Shown one piece after another: positions 24,426 through 27,215 of a stretch of 27,215 bases of DNA (position 1 is its first letter; every line of letters begins with the position of its first letter). The translations under genes and the position numbers were made by a program. Origin of the DNA: a virus (lineage: Duplodnaviria; Caudoviricetes); IMG/VR virus record IMGVR_UViG_3300045838_000034, positions 1 through 27,215 of that record, one strand, 5' to 3'. A model generated the notes under the pieces. The model was not told where the DNA came from, did no database searches, and worked only from the letters and a program-made list of their open reading frames with translations.

Positions 24426-25267
24426 TCCCAGTTGGGGATAAGAGCCCTCCACCTGGCAATGGCCTTGTAAGCGTCCTCGTCGATGACGACAATGCGCACC
24501 TGCGGATAGTAGCGCGCCATGCGCGCAAGCGCGGTCTTGCCGCGCGGATGGTGCCATCCCTTTACCTCCCAGTAGTACGGCTCGGAGCCGGGCCGCTCAG
24601 TAATGCGAAAATCCGGCGTATACGAGCGCACACCGCGCTTGATCTCCTCGAACCAGAAGGTCTCTGCCTCGTAAGCCCACTCAGCGATGTCGCCGCGCTC
24701 CTTCAACCAGTTGAGGTAACGGGCGATGTTGGCTTCCCAGGATGAGCGGAAGTACATGTTGCCCAGATCGGGCCGCCGACCGCCGCGGCTGCGACTGTGC
24801 GCGCTGCGCAGGCGTGGATCGGTGAGGTGCCGCTGGCTCATCAAATCGCTCTTCCCCTGCACAAAACCCGGATCGGCATACAGACAAGCGCGTGAGCAAT
24901 GCAACGTCGCCGCTGCATGACTGCGCTTGACGAGGAGCAGCGCGCCACAAGTACGGCAAGCAACCTGCACTCTCTTGGCGCGTGCAGCCAATGAACACGC
25001 CCTGGAACAATGGGCCGCTCTCGCACGCGCCGTGGTGACGACCCACGTGCAGCCGCAGGTTGGACAAACACGCGTGCCGCGGTCCTTGGGCTGCCTGGCC
25101 ACCCTCTCCTTCGAATCCCACGCACAGCGCCGTGAACAGTATTTGCGGCTGCTCGTGACGACGACCTGGAAGACGACAGCGCACTGCAAACAGGTCAGCG
25201 TCTTGCGCGGGAGGCTAAGCTTAGCCTTGACTTCAGGGGGGCAGGGAACGCCCTTAGGCCAGGGCAT
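24410..25267 (-). CDS. Zinc-finger PD-(D/E)XK endonuclease (homing-endonuclease-like)
   Basis: Likely ATG 25267 (AGGTG RBS); NUMOD3-like GVPCPPEVKAKLS, three CxxC...CSxxC fingers, FRSSWEAN...YTPDF...EVKG nuclease motif. Confidence 0.85.
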   Translation of the reverse strand: MPWPKGVPCPPEVKAKLSLPRKTLTCLQCAVVFQVVVTSSRKYCSRRCAWDSKERVARQPKDRGTRVCPTCGCTWVVTTARARAAHCSRACSLAARAKRVQVACRTCGALLLVKRSHAAATLHCSRACLYADPGFVQGKSDLMSQRHLTDPRLRSAHSRSRGGRRPDLGNMYFRSSWEANIARYLNWLKERGDIAEWAYEAETFWFEEIKRGVRSYTPDFRITERPGSEPYYWEVKGWHHPRGKTALARMARYYPQVRIVVIDEDAYKAIARWRALIPNWETVLT

Positions 25268-25392
25268 CGCGCACCTGCCCACGAGGCGACAAGATACAAT
25301 GGGGATGCATGCGGACCTCCAGCGTCCGTGTGCCGCGCCGGCGGATGTTCGCACCATCGCGCCGGCTACATCATAGAGGGCTGTGTGACGCC

Positions 25393-25422
25393 ATGGTAAC
25401 ATGGACACGTCCCTCATGTCTA
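25393..25422 (-). promoter_or_regulatory. Putative promoter of the PD-(D/E)XK gene
   Basis: TAGACA, 18-nt spacer, TG-T-TACCAT immediately after the rusA stop. Confidence 0.45.
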
Positions 25423-25425
25423 TCA

Positions 25426-25803
25426 CTACAGTAGCTCGCACACTTCAACGCGTATTGCTCGCTCCTTGCCTTGTTCTTGGTGTACTTGTACATCGCAATA
25501 AGCGCTAGACTCTTCGGCGAGAACACCGGCGTCCACCAATCCCAAGATCGGCCCCTTCGCCCTGCTGTACACATTGTCAGGGTCCAGGGGCGACTGCCCG
25601 CGCCGCCGCACAAGAGTCACGCTCACGTGCGCCCGCTCAAAGGGCGGCCCGCTGTGTTCCTGCTTTGCGAGCAGGGCGAACGCATCGCGGTAGACGGTGC
25701 GATCACGGGCCACGCGCGTCCAGTGCAGCCCCCGTGTCTGGTTGATGCCCAGGGGCTGTCCTCTGACTTCGAGCGTGTACTGGCGCGCCGGCCGCTCAGC
25801 CAC
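25426..25803 (-). CDS. rusA: RusA-like Holliday junction resolvase with recoded C-terminus
   Basis: PLGIN...HW, LDPDN, AK...GLVDAGVL and terminal IRVEVCEL motifs. Confidence 0.8.
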   Translation of the reverse strand: MAERPARQYTLEVRGQPLGINQTRGLHWTRVARDRTVYRDAFALLAKQEHSGPPFERAHVSVTLVRRRGQSPLDPDNVYSRAKGPILGLVDAGVLAEESSAYCDVQVHQEQGKERAIRVEVCELL

Positions 25804-25996
25804 CGCCCTCTCCTGTGTGCTCCGCCTCTGGCGCCTGTCGCCGCTCGCCTGTCGCCTTCTCCAGCCAGCGGTGCATCAGCGCATAGACAATGCCCACCTG
25901 CTCGCGGTTGAGCGCCAGGCGCACCGTGGCGTGCTCGTCGCGGAAGTCGAGCAGCAGCCAGTCCGGGTCCCCGATTCCGACGTCAATCTCGCTCAC
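25796..25996 (-). CDS. Hypothetical protein (66 aa)
   Basis: GTGA coupling at 25993-25996; GGAGG RBS; VSEIDVGIGDPDWLLLDFRDEH. Confidence 0.6.
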   Translation of the reverse strand: MSEIDVGIGDPDWLLLDFRDEHATVRLALNREQVGIVYALMHRWLEKATGERRQAPEAEHTGEGGG

Positions 25997-26196
25997 CTGT
26001 CTGTGTCCTCCTCCTGGCTTCCTGCTGCCCATGCGCGCACCCGCACAGCGCTGGCCCGGGTCAGCTCCGCTCTGTGCCGCAGATAACAGGCCGCGCAGCG
26101 GCTGGGCCGCGGGCCCCACGTCATGCCCCGGCGGCGCCAGGCAAAGCCCGTGCCGCACTCCGTGCACACCACCGTGCGAGGTGCGCTCTGGGCCAT
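25993..26196 (-). CDS. Small zinc-ribbon protein (CxxCGxxF...RCxxC)
   Basis: VVCTECGTGF...PSRCAACY; GGAGG RBS. Confidence 0.7.
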   Translation of the reverse strand: MAQSAPRTVVCTECGTGFAWRRRGMTWGPRPSRCAACYLRHRAELTRASAVRVRAWAAGSQEEDTDR

Positions 26197-26198
26197 GC

Positions 26199-26459
26199 TC
26201 AGTCCTCCAACGGATGCATGCGCTCAGCCATCCAGGCCGGCACGACCGGGTAGCCCTCCACCACCGGCACCAAGTAGCACGTGCGCGCCCGCTCGCTCTT
26301 GTCCTGCGGCTCCCATACCTGATTGAGCGCCCACTCCCACGCGTCCTGCTTGCTCTCGAACTCCGGCTGGCGCACACGCCAGAGGTCGCTCGGGTCATGG
26401 CCAATCGTGGCCACGCGCCAGGCCGTCGCCGTCTGCTCTTGGGCGCCCTGCTCAGCCAT
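26199..26459 (-). CDS. Hypothetical protein (86 aa)
   Basis: GGAGG RBS; 8-nt ATGGCTGA overlap with the upstream gene. Confidence 0.65.
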   Translation of the reverse strand: MAEQGAQEQTATAWRVATIGHDPSDLWRVRQPEFESKQDAWEWALNQVWEPQDKSERARTCYLVPVVEGYPVVPAWMAERMHPLED

Positions 26460-26691
26460 CCGCGCCCTCCTGCTGCTGCTCGTCCTGCCACTGCGCGAAG
26501 GCCGCGATGAGGCCAGCGGCGTCCTCGATCGGCCGGGACGCCTGCACGCGCGCCCCTGGTGTGTCCGGCCAGGGGATCACGCGCCAGGGCCGGCAGGGGG
26601 CCAGGTGGTTCCGGCGCAGCCAGGTATGGTCGTGCTCTAGAAGGGTCCTTTGCTCCTCGCTCAGCGCCACGTCATCCGCCTGCTCAGCCAC
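26452..26691 (-). CDS. Hypothetical protein (79 aa)
   Basis: GTG 26691, GGAGG RBS, GTGGCTGA overlap. Confidence 0.6.
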   Translation of the reverse strand: MAEQADDVALSEEQRTLLEHDHTWLRRNHLAPCRPWRVIPWPDTPGARVQASRPIEDAAGLIAAFAQWQDEQQQEGADG

Positions 26692-26878
26692 GCCCACCCT
26701 CCTGTGCGTCCTCGCGGCGGCGGACGGTGAGCGCACGTGCGCGCTGCTCCACGACGACGCGCACATCCCGCTCCGTCCACCCCAGCGCCTGCAAGAAGGC
26801 ATAGGGGATCTCCACGCCGCACCACGTCCCCTCGTGCTCGATCGTTGTCTGGAACAGCCGCACGGCCTGCTCAGCCAC
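26684..26878 (-). CDS. AbrB/MazE-like small DNA-binding protein (64 aa)
   Basis: GTG 26878, GGAGG RBS; GVEIPYAFLQALGW...VRVVVE...LTVRR matches the swapped-hairpin pattern. Confidence 0.55.
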   Translation of the reverse strand: MAEQAVRLFQTTIEHEGTWCGVEIPYAFLQALGWTERDVRVVVEQRARALTVRRREDAQEGGRG

Positions 26879-27215
26879 GCTGTGCCTCCTCTCGTTCCTG
26901 CTCCATGATGGCCTCGAATAACGGCAGGGCCTGCTGTGGCACAACGGCATTGCCCAACGCCCTCAACTGTGCGACCCTTTCCGGCACGCCCGTCGCAAGG
27001 CGTGGCGCCTCGTCCTCGTGCTGCGCTTCTCCAGGGCGGGCGGGCCAGGAATGTCCAGCCAGCCGGCGGGAACGCCCATCAGGCCCTCGACCCACGACGG
27101 ATTCAACTGTCCGCTCATGGGAGCCCGGTAGGGACGCCCCTCCTGCTTGAGCGCCCGTGCCTGGGTCCCTGAGATGCGCGACCGTTCCATCGTCCAGGCA
27201 TCCTGGCAACTCGCC
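26871..27215 (-). CDS. C5-cytosine DNA methyltransferase, 3' part (motif X); 5' end outside window
   Basis: RVAQLRALGNAVVPQQA; frame open to the window edge. Confidence 0.75.
   Translation of the reverse strand, partial: GELPGCLDDGTVAHLRDPGTGAQAGGASLPGSHERTVESVVGRGPDGRSRRLAGHSWPARPGEAQHEDEAPRLATGVPERVAQLRALGNAVVPQQALPLFEAIMEQEREEAQRG
26963..27214 (-). CDS. Overlapping-frame ORF carrying a C5-MTase motif IX-like segment; 5' end possibly outside window
   Basis: GQLNPSWVEGLMGVPAGW; frame also open to the window edge. Confidence 0.55.
   Translation of the reverse strand, partial: ASCQDAWTMERSRISGTQARALKQEGRPYRAPMSGQLNPSWVEGLMGVPAGWLDIPGPPALEKRSTRTRRHALRRACRKGSHS

Noticed and set aside
24410-25545. 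Group I intron in rusA carrying the nuclease
   Set aside because: Only ~160 nt is non-coding and the nuclease ORF runs right into the downstream rusA remnant; no recognisable P7 core or 3' intron segment. A covariance-model search would be the formal test.
1-27215. tRNA, rRNA, reverse transcriptase/DGR, integrase or transposase
   Set aside because: No cloverleaf, RT motif, template/variable repeat pair or recombinase motif recognised by eye.

Overview
High-GC tailed (sipho-type, HK97-fold) phage or prophage segment, almost entirely encoded on the minus strand. In transcription order (right to left): 3' end of a C5 DNA methyltransferase, small translationally coupled genes, a RusA-like resolvase, a zinc-finger PD-(D/E)XK nuclease, sigma-70 region-4-like regulators, a structured promoter/leader, TerS, TerL, portal, MuF-like protein, collagen-like protein, beta-class MTase B, prohead protease, major capsid, head-tail connector, a ~6 kb accessory block (intein-containing split MTase A, antisense HNH, MT-A70 MTase, small membrane and Zn-ribbon proteins), head closure, gp10-like neck, tail terminator and tail tube (truncated at the left edge). 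The most striking signal is that three zinc-finger endonuclease genes sit inside conserved genes with no room for an intron, each apparently sparing its host gene differently. (1) An HNH gene with its own consensus promoter and RBS is nested in another frame of a 513-bp in-frame insert in MTase B, flanked by a duplicated PAHExWW motif. (2) An antisense HNH splits MTase A inside a CxxC, leaving a new tail on the N-half and a new RBS/start/head on the C-half. (3) A PD-(D/E)XK gene in rusA carries a recoded replacement 3' end, with the original 3' end stranded downstream. A LAGLIDADG intein with non-canonical terminal residues, a dual-frame C5-MTase end and a dispersed 7-bp repeat family inside coding regions are also present. 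All family calls come from motifs read by eye; no database searches were run, so novelty is unverified.
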